Assembly: GCA_016748015.1 (NCBI GenBank)
Contig: JAAOMT010000295.1
Span: 186,001 to 250,000, forward strand
Direction of reading: 5' to 3'
Length of the DNA: 64,000 nt
From: Geosiphon pyriformis uo1
Taxonomy: Eukaryota > Fungi > Glomeromycota
Shown: one piece after another, positions 24,567-36,198 of the stretch
Numbering within the stretch: position 1 is the stretch's first letter
Layout of the letters: every line of letters starts with the position of its first letter
Program-made: the position numbers and the translations under genes
The notes under the pieces: model-generated
What the model saw: the letters and a program-made list of their open reading frames with translations, nothing else
Told to the model about the DNA's origin: nothing
The model's database searches: none

Positions 24567-25456
24567 TATTATAGATGATTATTTGGGGTCTCAAATCAAA
24601 TAACAAATCCGTAACTTGGTGCTCAATATCTTGACAAGGCTGGTGATACTAGTACATTAGTTGTATCTGAAGGTTTTAGAGTTGAGTTTTTTGTATAATA
24701 AACAGAGATTCTTTGTTGATGTTATTTGCAGTTTTCTGGTAAGTTGTTTCCCAATTTCTTTCTCAGCTTGGTGGCTGGATTTATTCTGGCATTCATGCCC
24801 TTATGGTAAGCTATCCAATAATATATATATAATTCTATTCTTATTTCTGGGTCTTTTACCAGGCTATCTGTGATGTCAATAACTCAGCACTTTAATCCTT
24901 AATCCATTAGTATTCAACAAAAAAAATCAAAGAAAGAAAGAAAAATAAAAGAAAATAAAGAAATGAGCCAAGGCAATGTACAAGTTAGTATCTTGTCAAT
25001 AGCCATGATTAAGAGCTATTGTTTCAGCATAGTTAAGTATCAATTACTATCAACACTTTATGTTAATAGTGAAAAGTGGATTTGGATAGTAGATAATTTA
25101 TTTATTTAATATTTGAGGATAGAAAATTTCTAACTAAAAGATTCTGCTTTTTCTACTTCTAATGCTACCACTATATATACATAATTGATGTTCTACAAGA
25201 TTGCTCACATTTCCAAGTGATGTGCTATGATTTCTTGAGCAATGCTTACATTGCTGAGCGATGTGCTTTAATTTTCTAACATCACTCCACATTGCTGAGC
25301 AATGTGCCATGTTTTCTGATATTGCTCCACATTGCTGAGCAATGTGCCATGATTTCTGACATTGCTCCACATTGCTGAACAATGTGCTTATGTGCTAAAT
25401 ACTATTCTTTTATTGGTCTGCTATTTTCTATATTTGTTTTCTTTTTATGAGTAATA
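24567..25456 (-). repeat. 3' LTR of element D
   Basis: Decayed termini TATTATAG...GTAATA; PPT AAAAGGAGGAG on the minus strand; matches 38230-39108. Confidence 0.9.
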
Positions 25457-25469
25457 TTATCTCCTCCTT

Positions 25470-26094
25470 TTAATATTGAGCTCCGTCAAAATTTTCATTT
25501 TAAATTAATTTTAATACTTTTTTTTCAAGTATTGTTTGTTCGACTCTGTTCTTCATGTTTTCTACTTGTGTATTGTTTATTCTTCTCCATTGGTTAATGG
25601 TTATGGTTTCCATGTCAGAGTGTAACAGTATTTCTGGATAGTTTTGAAATATGTTGTGCAGTTAATAAATTGTTCTTACATGTAGTGTCAAGTTCGTCTT
25701 TTTCTCAATAAATTTTTCAATTTGCTGTATTATGTTTTGGTTAAATACTCTCTTGGATTTGTCAATATACAATTTCTGAATATTCAACTTTTGACCTAGC
25801 TGGTAGTAACAGTATGATATTAGAAGTTGTTCTGTTCATTGCTTCTAATTCTTTTTTTGTTGGTGCCATAATAGATATTTTCCCAAAAGTGTTCTTTACT
25901 TTTTTTATTATGTTGTTTGACCAGTTTTTATCATTCTTTGGTAACCACTGATATAGTGTATTTTTTGTCTTTCTTTTGGTGTTTTGATAGCAAATTGTTT
26001 GGTTGTTAACAAAAATTTCCATGTCTAAAGGTTGTTGACTTAAGATCTGAAATAATTGTTGAACTATGGCGTGAATATGATCTGGTATTTCCAT
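25470..26094 (-). pseudogene. Accessory ORF3 of element D (frameshifted)
   Basis: MEIPDHIHAIVQQLFQIL...; downstream frame reads RTIY*LHNIFQNYPEILLHSDMETITINQWRRINNTQ, homologous to C ORF3. Confidence 0.78.
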
Positions 26095-26154
26095 TTTTTT
26101 TGGTTGCTTTTGTTATGTATACTGAGTTTTTATATACTCTTTTATTGTTTGATT

Positions 26155-27531
26155 TTATGTGTTTGGTTCAATGATTATGATTGGTTCCAGATTTCGTAGA
26201 ATCTTATCTGGTTGAACTAGTATTCATTGTACTCTTAATTGTAGAATGTTATTGGTAGATGATGATGCTATTTGGTGATATGGTTTCAGTCGATTACCAT
26301 GTGCTGCTTTGGCTAAGGTTTTGTTGTCCCATCTTAGTTTATAAGCTTCATTTCCAAGAATTTTTTCTATGTGAAATGGTTTGTCCCATTTGAGATTGAA
26401 TTTTCCACTCTATTGTTTTTCCACTTTGGTACAATGTAAAAGTACTTTGTCTTCAATCTTGAATTCAACTAGTTTATCTAATAATTGGTTATTGTGTCGT
26501 TTTTTTTGCTTTTTTTAAGACTTTTGAATGTTATTAGCTGCTTTTTGTTATCTGTTTTCTAGTGTTTCTATTAGGTCATATGTTCTTTTCAACAATGTTT
26601 CTTGGAAATTAGCTTCTGTTATTGGTTCAGTTGGATATGTACTGACCTTTCTCTTAACTGGTAATGTTGCTGTCCTATCATATACCAATTCAAATGGTGT
26701 TGTTTGTGTAGTATCTTGTCTCATTGTTTAATAAGCAAATAATACTGATTGTATAAACAAATTCCATTCATCTTGGTTTTCTTGACTGATTTTGGCAATT
26801 GCTTCACACAGTGTTTTGTTAAATCTTTTGACTAGTCTATTTGTTTGTGGATGATATGGTGACGATAATGGTCTTTTTATCCCAAATCTCTAACTTAATT
26901 CTGTTAATGTTCTATTCACAAAATGAGTTTCTTGATCTGATAATAGTTTTTTTGAACATCTGTGTTGACATATCAAATCTTGATGGATGAATTCAGCAAT
27001 GGATTCTGCATCTGCTCTTTGAATGGCTTTTGTTTCTGGCCATTTTGTAAAATAGTCCATGGCTACTGCAATATATCTGTTGTCTTTACTGGTGATTGTT
27101 AATGGTCTGACTAAGTCAATTCCAATGTGATCAAATGGTTGTCCCACTTTGATTGGTCTTAATGGTTTACTTGGTTTTGTTCTTTCTCTTCTTTGACAAG
27201 CATCACAATTTTGAACATATTGAATGATATATGGATACATTGATGGCCAATAATATCTTTTTCTGGTTCTTTCTATGGTCACTTCTTTATGAAAATGTCC
27301 TGCTGTTGAATCTGAGTGCATGTTGAATAATATTGTCTCTTTCTCTGGTTCTGTGATCACTCTAATTAGTTGATCTGAATTTCTTTTATTCTTCTGGTAG
27401 AGTATATTTTGATAATTGATAAAATATTTTGATTGTTGTTTTATATTGTTTTGTTCCTTTTGAGATAATTTTTCCTTAAACAATTGAGTATTTATATAAT
27501 GCTGAAGTTGTTGGTATTTTTGTGTGTTCAT
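26155..27531 (-). pseudogene. Integrase of element D (own ATG)
   Basis: ORF 26890-27531 with HHCC, GIDLV, LLSDQETHF; continues to TAA at 26155. Confidence 0.92.
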
Positions 27532-27562
27532 TTTTTGTTATATTTTTTGGGTTGAAATGTTT

Positions 27563-30500
27563 TTAGATTTGTCTCATTCGTGACAGTCCATTAGCATTTC
27601 CATTGTCATTTCTTTTTTTATAATGTATTATATAATTAAATAGTGAAAGTTCTATTTTCTATCTGGCATGGTAATCATCTGCAAATTCTTGTTTCTGGAT
27701 TGAAGTCAATTCTTTGTGATCAATGTACACTTCAAACTTTTGACTTAAGTATTCTTTCCATTTGATGACAGCCTAATAGATAGCTAAGTATTCTAGTGCT
27801 GGAGTTCCATAGTTCTTTTCAGCTGAACTTAAGCTTCTACTGGCATAAACTATTGGATGTTTTCTTTCATCTGATTTTTTCTGTAATAGTACTGCTCCCA
27901 ATGCTTGACCTAATGCATTGGTGGTGATTATGAATAGTTTGCTGTAATCTGGATACATTAATACTGGAGCTTAGATAAGCTTTCTTCTTAATGTGTCAAA
28001 CTCTTCTTGTTGAGCTTTGGTCCATTCATACTTCACCTTCTTGGTCTGTAGATGGTAAAGTGACTGAGCCAGTTTTGAAAAGTCTTTAATAAAATGGCAA
28101 TAATAGTCTGCGAAACCTAAAAATGCTCTTAGTTCTGTCAAGTTGGTTGGTACTGAAAAGTTTTTAACTACTTTGATCTTGTCTGGATCCGTTTTGATTC
28201 CATCTTTGCTCACTACATGTTCCAAAAACTTGAGTTCAGTTTTTCCAAAGAAACATTTAGTTGTATTTAGTTTCAATTCTGCTTTTCTCAATCTTTCAAA
28301 CACTTGTTGGAGATGATGCAGATGATTATCGAATGTTTTTGAGAACACATTGGTATTATCTAAGTATAATACTACTAATTTCTATAGTAATCTAATATAG
28401 ACAATTTCCATGAGCCATTAGAATGTTGCTGGAGCATTCATCAAGCCAAATGGCATGACTTCAAACTCAAAATTTTTTTTTCTTGTGGTAAATGCTGTTT
28501 TTTCTTTGTTGGCTGGATCCATGGCTACTTGTCAATAACCACTATCTAAATCTAGTGTTAAAAACTATTTATTTCCTCCAAAAGTGTCGAATAGTTTTTG
28601 GATCTTTGGAGTTGGATACTTATCATCTTTAGTTATTCTATTTAGTTTCCGGTAATCTACACAAAAACAAATTTTCCTATTTTTCTTATAGACCAGTATC
28701 ACTGGTGATGACCATGGACTTATTGATAACTGAATTAGCCCATTGTTAAGCATTTGGTTAATTTCTTGATGAATGATCTCATGGCTAGCTAGTGGTACTC
28801 TGTATGTTTTTTGTTTAATTGGCATTGCATCTCTAGTCTTGATCTGATGCTGAATAATGTTGGTTCAGCCAAATTCATTTTCACTGGCAAAGATGTCATT
28901 GAAATTGTTGAGTAACATTTTAAGTTGCATTTGTTAAAATGGATCTAGATTTCCCATGTTCATCTGTTCCAATTGTTCTGATTGGAGCAGATAATATTCA
29001 CTTCTTCTATAAATGGTTTGTGATATAATGTCAACATATCTGCAAAGCTGTGGAAAATCTAGAATGTAGTTTGGTGGTTGATCCTCAACTTTGGTAGTTA
29101 AATATCCAATAATAGTTCCCTTTGGTATTTTGATGATCTTTCCAGTTGTATTATAAATGGGGATTTTGATGTTTTTGAGGCTTTTGGTTGATATGTAGAG
29201 ATTGGTGAGTCCAATCTCCCCTGATTCACAAATAGTGGCTTCTGTTTCAAACAATTGAGCTTGATCTCTTACTTCCTTTTTTATGGCTAATATATACTGG
29301 TCATATAGCGGAATGGAAATTGTTTGACGAGTTAAGATAATTTCTCCTTTGTCAACAATTTTTTCTTCTGCCATATTAACTGGTATATCTATTCTACCCG
29401 TTGATTTAAATTCTTGTATTTCTCTTGCTGTTATACCTAATTCTTCCCTCTTTTCCACTGAAACTAACTGAGCTATCTTTATCAGAGGTAAGAATATTGT
29501 CTGTGCTATCTTTTCATTTGGTTCTATAATATTTGTTTTTTTTGAGTCATTTTATAGCATGGCGATAATATTTCCTATGTATTCCACATCAATTATTTCT
29601 CCTTTGATGTTGATTCCTTTTTTCACTAAACTACTCCTAGATGCTAATTGGACTATGGTTGTTGCTGAAATTTCCAGAGCTATTTTGAGATCAATATATG
29701 TGTGCAAATTTGGTTCCAATTTGATGGCTTTTTTTCCTGGATATTTCAGATCAAACCCTGCATTGGTATCATGTATGTGTTCTGACATAATACTTTCATT
29801 ATTATCACTATACTATTTGAGTTTTTGTTCCTTTGAGAGATCAGGAAGTGCAATAAATGTTTCAGGGTTTGAATCATTGTAATTTTTGTTGCTATTTGGA
29901 GCAAAGCTAGAACTGTTGTTTTCATTGTCATCATTGTCAGAGTTTGAATCGGAATTGAAAGTTGATTCCGATTCCAATACACAGCTATTGATTGGTTCTT
30001 CCTCTTCTAGAATCGTGTAGATCATGTATGCTGGTGGATTGTAAATGAGGTCACACTCATTACAATACTAGAAGTCACATAGAATCAAACAGTGGTCACA
30101 TAGTTGAGTGTTGATTTCTTTCAAGTGTTGTTTCTGCTCTTCTATTATGAGTGTTAGCTCTTGATAATGTTTGTGGAATTGTTCTGGATTTAGAAGATTT
30201 ATGACTGGTTCTGGGTTTTAGTCGAGTTCTATAGATTCAAGTAAGTTATTTTTAATTGTTTTTATCTCTTCTGGTGTCACTCCTTTGATTTTGGCGAGTA
30301 CCATTCACCAGATTTCATCATCGTCATGTGGACATCTGTCCAGACGTTTGATGGCTTGTCTTCAAGCAGTGTCTATGGACATTCCTTTTCTTATCCAGTT
30401 ACTTATGAGAATTGTGTATTAACACGATTCGTTGTATGTTTCTCCTTGTCCAGGAATGTCATTCCATATTCTTTTGTTCAGAAAAGTTTCTCCACAAGCC

Positions 30501-32740
30501 AAGCATGGTTCATTGTCCCATTTCCCAACTTGTTTTGGTCTTCCAAAGTGTTCAATGATGTATAGACAGCAGTAGAATTTCATTGCCGAAGTGTACTTCT
30601 CATTATTGTCACAACAAGCACCCATTGATGCCAATTTTTTGCCACAATCGACGCATACCAGTTTTGGGCAGCGATAAGTGGATCAGTGGGATGTAGTGTA
30701 GGAATTATAAGTGGGATTGCTGTTGGTTGTTGGTTCTTCTTCCTTCCTCTTTTCTTTTTTCTTTTTGTCTTCTTTCCATTCCTAATTTATTTGTTCTTCC
30801 TGGTCATTGTCAGTTTTCTAGGCTTGGTTGGTATTTCAGGTAAGTTTGGTCTCCTTCTGTTTTTTTTTGTCGTTGTCATTCCAGAAGAGTATAGGCAGTA
30901 GTTCTTTGTGATCTTCATTGGCCCAGGACACCTAATAAGCTTTTCAGGTAGGTTTCTTTTTTTCTTCTTCCAATTTGATGAGTGGGGTTGTTGAGTTAAT
31001 GGTCTTGAAGTGGCCACACATGGCTGGTACATGTGTGTGTTGACCATTTTGGCTCAGTTGGAGCTCTTGCGTCATCCAGTCCAGTATAGCATTGGTTTTA
31101 GATAACCAGTCATTCCCTACTAATGCCTGATATTGGATTGCTTCTATCACTAAAACTTTGATGGGAATAATGATGCCATTGACTTCAAAAGGGAAGTTAT
31201 CAATCTCACCAATGGGAGTTTTGGTTGCTCCATTGGCAGTTATGATCCTGGCATTGGCAGCACGATTAACTTGGTAATCTAATTAATCTATGAGTTGTTT
31301 TGTAATAATGCTGCCAGCTGATCCACTGTCTAAGATCAGTTTAATGGGGTGACCATCAACTTTGGCATTAGTGTACATGGCAGTAATAGGTTTTTTTTCC
31401 AAAGCACTCCACTAAATAATGGCATGGTCAATGATTCTTCAAGTTCAAATGGGAAGATGGCATCCAGTGATTCATTCTCAGTGATAGTAGCTGGCAGAAT
31501 ATTACTGGTAAGTGTTGGGTGTTGGTTGGTTTCCGGGTTATTGGGTTGGGTGTCTTCTGGGGTGACCAGGAGACTTAAATAGTTCTGGGAATTCAGGTTT
31601 TGGGCATATCCAGTGTCCAAATTCTGTTGTTGAGAGCCTAATGATTGTGCCATGGAACTGGAAATTAGTTAATGGACTATCATTGATGATCTCCAGCTTT
31701 GTTGGGTCAATCTTGGCCTTTGGGTTCCATTTTGAGGTAAGTTTTGTAGTGGTGTTTGAATTTGTTGGGGCTGATATATTATCTGGGACTGCAGCTAATA
31801 AATGGGTTGTGGCTGCAGCTAATAAATTGCTGGTGTTGTCAATTAATAAATTGGCATTTGATATACTGGGAGTTGATAAGATGGCTGCTGTGTCATAGAT
31901 AAGTAATTCTGATGATATGGCTCTGAGTTTGGTAGGTTATTTGAAATGTGAAATTGATGATTGGGGTTTTAATATTGATTTCCTGATTGTTGGTTATTTA
32001 AGCGATGGTGGCAATTAATTTGTAGGTGTCTTTGTTTACCACAATAGTGGCAAACGTGTGTTTCCTGTTGCCACTATTGATTGACAATGATGGACATGAC
32101 TGATTCTGGAAACAATTCATGTTTCCAGAATTATTACGTTGTTGTGGTGGTTGATAAATTGCATGATTGTCAGCTAAGTATCCCTCTAATTTCTGATTGA
32201 TGGAATCACTAAATTGTTTCAATTTGGAATCCAATTCAGATGATCCATTCATTACTAGATTAATGGCTTGGACATAGTTAGCTTTGAGTTCAACAGCTTT
32301 AAAATCTCTGGTATTTGTAATGGCTGCTTACAGATTGATAGGATGCATTGGACGTACACATTGCTGAATGCTACTGCATAATCCACAAATAAACTAATTT
32401 AGAATCTGGGCTACTGTGAAATAATTGGGATTGATGGCTTGGATCTGGTACAGATTCCTGTGGAAGCATCCTAAGTAGGTAGTGACTGCTTTATTTTCTC
32501 CTTGTTTGATAGTAGTAAAGGTATTTGCTAGCTTGTTAATGCTGTTATTGTTGCTGAAGTATCTTAAGAACTCTATTTTGAATACATTGAAATCTTGGGG
32601 TTTGTTGACCAGACTTTAGTACCATAAATTGGTGGTATTCTGGAAAAAATATGGGATGGCTTGCATGGCTCTAGCATCATTAGCTGCAATGGCTTTCTTC
32701 ACATTATTTAGCCATACTTGGGCATTGTGTTCTTTGCTAA
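27563..32740 (-). pseudogene. gag (capsid onward)-PR-Cys-rich-dUTPase-RT-RNaseH of element D
   Basis: ORFs 31998-32252, 31336-31653, 30944-31150, 30419-30634, 29552-29788 (NAGFDLKYPG), 28934-29458, 28565-28825, 27971-28348, 27773-27958. Confidence 0.92.
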
Positions 32741-33687
32741 TGTTACAGGTAATTATTTGGGGTCTCAAAGCAAATAACAAACCTGTAACTTGGTGCTCAA
32801 TTGATATAATGTTGTTGGTAATATCTAAAGGTTTTGTTGTAGAGTCTTTTGTATAATGAACAGAGATTCATTATGGTTGGTTTTGGTTGATTTCTCAAGT
32901 TGCTTTCTCAATTTCTGTCTTCAGTGTGGTGGCCAGTTTAATCTGACAATTATGTCCTTCTGGTAAGCTATCTGTTAATATATATAATTCTACTCTTATT
33001 TCTGGGTCTTTTACCAGACTATTCTTGATGTCAATTACTTAGTGTTTAATCTCTTTAATCAGTAATAAGTCAACAAACAAAAGAAAATAAAATAAAATAA
33101 AATAAAATAAAAAGAAAATAAGAAATTAGAAATAAGCCAAGGCAATTCAAGCTAGTATTCTATCAATAGTCATGATCAAGAGCTATTGTTCCAGTATAGT
33201 TAAGTGTTGGATTTTATCAACATGAAGTGTTGATAAATGAAAGAGTAATTATATTTTCAAACAAATGACAATAACATGGATTTGAAGAATTGAAGAGATT
33301 TTTTATTTATATAATTCCATTTTGATTGATAGCAACTATCCTTGAAATGAGGGTTAATAAATAAAGAAGAAAGGGAATTATTCTAAATTAATAAAACTCT
33401 ATTGAATTCTCCAGGAATTCTTGAATTCTCCTGGAATTACTTTTTCTGCTTTTAACACTTTTACTATATATATATAATTTATGTTATATGAGATTCTGCA
33501 TATTCGTGAGCAATGTACCATAATTTCTCAAGCAATACTTACATTGCTGAGCAATGTGCCTGTAATTTTTGACAATGTGCTCATTGCTGAACAATGTGCT
33601 TATATGCTAAATACTATTCTCTTATTGGTCTATTTTTCTTATCTGTCTTTCTTACTATTTTCTTGTATTCTTTTTCTATGAGTAACA
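32741..33687 (-). repeat. 3' LTR of element E
   Basis: TGTTACA...GTAACA; PPT AAGGAGGGAA adjacent. Confidence 0.9.
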
Positions 33688-33820
33688 TTATTCCCTCCTT
33701 TAATATTGAGCTCCTGTGAAATCTTCTAAATTTTTTTTTTGTATTAATGTTGTTGCTGTAATTTCTATTGCTATTTGTAAATCTAATTTTATATATGACT
33801 GGAGTTTTTAACTATAGTGG

Positions 33821-34707
33821 TGTTACAGATGATTATTTTTGCTGTCGAATTAAATAACAAACCTGTAACTTGATGCTCAAAAGCTACTTCTATGAATGAG
33901 GTTCTACAAGTATTGTATCTGAAAGTTTTGATGGAGTCCTTTGTATAATAGACAGAGATTCAATAGTGTCAATAGTAGATGTATCTTTCAAGAGTTTTCC
34001 CAATTTCTTTCTCAGTGTGGTGGCCGGATTTAGTCTGGCAGTCATGCTCTTCTGGTAAGCTATTCAATAATATATAAAATTCTACTCTTATTTCTGGGTC
34101 TTTTACCAGGCTATCCTTGACATCAATAACTCAGTGCTTAATCTTTTAATCAATTAGTATACAACAACAAAATCAAAAAAAAGAAAATAAAATAAAGAAA
34201 ATAAAAATAAAAAAAATAGAGAAAATAAGCCAAGGCAATTTGGTACATTAGTATCTCATCAATAGCCATGATCAAGAGCTATTGTTCCAGCATGGTTAAG
34301 TATCAATTACTATCAACACTTTATGTTGATAGTAGAGAGTGGGTTGAGATATGAAATAATTATTTATTTGATGATTGGAAACTGGAATGTTGCTTAGATT
34401 AAATCTAAACTGGGAGGTTTGTCTTTTCAGTTTCTAATCCTACTGCTATATATACATAATTGAGATTCCTCAATTTCTCAATTCTTTGCGACAGGAATCC
34501 TGAGATTCCTAGAATCCTGTGATTCCTGATGAGAGAAATCCTAGAATTCTGGAATCCTGCAATTCCTCGTCAGGGAATCCTGAAATTCCTGGAATCCTGC
34601 AATTCCTCTAAGAAGAATTCTGGAATTCCACATTTACTATGTCTACCTCTGATTGGCTAATATCTACTGACTAATAATACTATATTTCCTATATTCTATA
34701 AGTAACA
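33821..34707 (-). repeat. Solo LTR nested in E
   Basis: TGTTACA...GTAACA, no PBS or PPT; flanks GTGG/GCAG (inferred GCGG). Confidence 0.88.
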
Positions 34708-34852
34708 GCAGTCTGTTCAGAATATTAATTTCAAATTTTGCATCTGTATTATGTGCATGTTCAGACATAATGTCCTTATTATTATTACTGAATTTAGTTA
34801 ATTCCTGCTCCATTGTAAAGTCTAGAAACGTGATATATTGTTTGGTGTTTGA

Positions 34853-35072
34853 AGTGGAGTTTGAATTTGTTGGCGGAGTTTAAATCATTGTTGTCATTAA
34901 TGGAGTTTGAATTGTTGTTATTATCAACAGAGTTTGAATTGTTGTTGTCATTAGCAGAGTTTGAATTGTTGTTGTCATCAGCAGAGTTTGAATTGTTGTT
35001 GTTATCAGCAGGTTTGAATTGTTGCTGTCATTAGCAGAGTTTGAATTGTTGCTGTCATCAGTGGAGTTTGAA
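34853..35072. repeat. 27-bp tandem array (about 7-8 units)
   Basis: Unit AGAGTTTGAATTGTTGTTGTCATCAGC; on the minus strand it encodes NSADDNNNS repeats inside a pol-linker fragment. Confidence 0.9.
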
Positions 35073-35402
35073 TCAGGATTAAGTTCCGATTCCGATTCTG
35101 ATTTGTTCTCGCTGATTGGCTCTTCTTCAAATATATGACACATGAGAGTAGATTGTGACTACATCTCAATATTCTGACTTAGGACCATCAGATGAGTTTT
35201 GCTGATTTATTGGTACTGTGGGAATTAGGTTTAATTGGGTTATTGAAGATAAGTTTCTTTGTATGATCGCAGAGTTTGGAATTTATTGAACTTTAAATGT
35301 TCAGGTTTTTGAATAATTCCCAGAGTTTGAATTACTAGAGGTTTAATGAGTTTTATCGACAGTAAGTTTTTTTGTACAATAGCAGAGTTGGAATTATCAG
35401 AT

Positions 35403-36064
35403 TTTGAATGTTTGGGTTTTTTTTTTGAATGATTGGTTCTTGAATAATCAGAGTTTTAATTTAATGAGTTTTAACAAGTTTATCAAAAGTAAGTTTTGAA
35501 TGTTCGGGGTTTTAATGATTGGGTTTTGAATAAATAGATTTTTAATTTAACAAGTTTTAATGAATTTATCAATGGTACATTTCAAATGTTCAGGGTTTTA
35601 ATAATCAGGTCTTAAATAATCGAAGTTTTAATTTAACAAGTTTTTAACAAATTTATCAATAGTAAGTTTCGAATGTTTGGGGTTTTAATGATCAGATTTT
35701 GAATAAATGGAGTTTTAACAAATTTATTAATGGTATGTTTTGAATGTTCAGGGTTTTAATAATCAGGTCTTGAATAATTGGAGTTTAATTTAACAAGTTT
35801 TTAACAAATTTATTAATGATAAGTTTCGAATGTTCGGGGTTTTAATGATCAGGTTTTGAATAAATAGAGTTTTAATTTAATGAATTTTTAACGAATTTAT
35901 CAACAGTAATTTTTGAATGTTTGAGGTTTTAATGATTGGGTTTTGAATAATTGGAGTTTTTAATTTAACAAGATTTAACGAATTTATCAATAGTAATTTT
36001 TGAATGTTCAGGGTTTTAATAATCAGATTTTGAATAATTGGAGTTTTAATTTAATGAGTTTTTT
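35403..36064. repeat. About 86-87-bp tandem array (about 8 units) just downstream of the PBS of E
   Basis: GAATGTT anchor recurs near 35406, 35498, 35584, 35671, 35742, 35828, 35915, 36002. Confidence 0.9.
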
Positions 36065-36198
36065 AAAAGTAATGGTGAAATAAAGATTTCGTGAATTCTA
36101 AGTGATTTTCCCTTGTTTTTTCTTGGTTTGCCACTTTTCTGCATGGTTGTTGTTGGTACTGGTTCTTTGTTGGATTATACTTCACAAGGAGCACTAAA

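Noticed and set aside
24661-24873. Similar short ORFs inside LTRs (also 38324, 32629, 10068)
   Set aside because: They arise from LTR duplication, use mostly non-ATG starts, and are not frame-conserved across subfamilies.
25200-25390. Palindromic repeats as a mini-CRISPR
   Set aside because: The intervening sequences are similar to each other and the block is a fixed part of LTR U3.
34250-34335. Hammerhead ribozyme in the LTR (TTGATGAG on the minus strand near hairpins)
   Set aside because: No conserved CUGANGA plus GAAA core in the right topology, and the motif varies among LTR copies.
35403-36064. CRISPR-like appearance of the 86-bp array
   Set aside because: Whole units repeat with no unique spacers, there are no cas genes, and the context is a eukaryotic retroelement.
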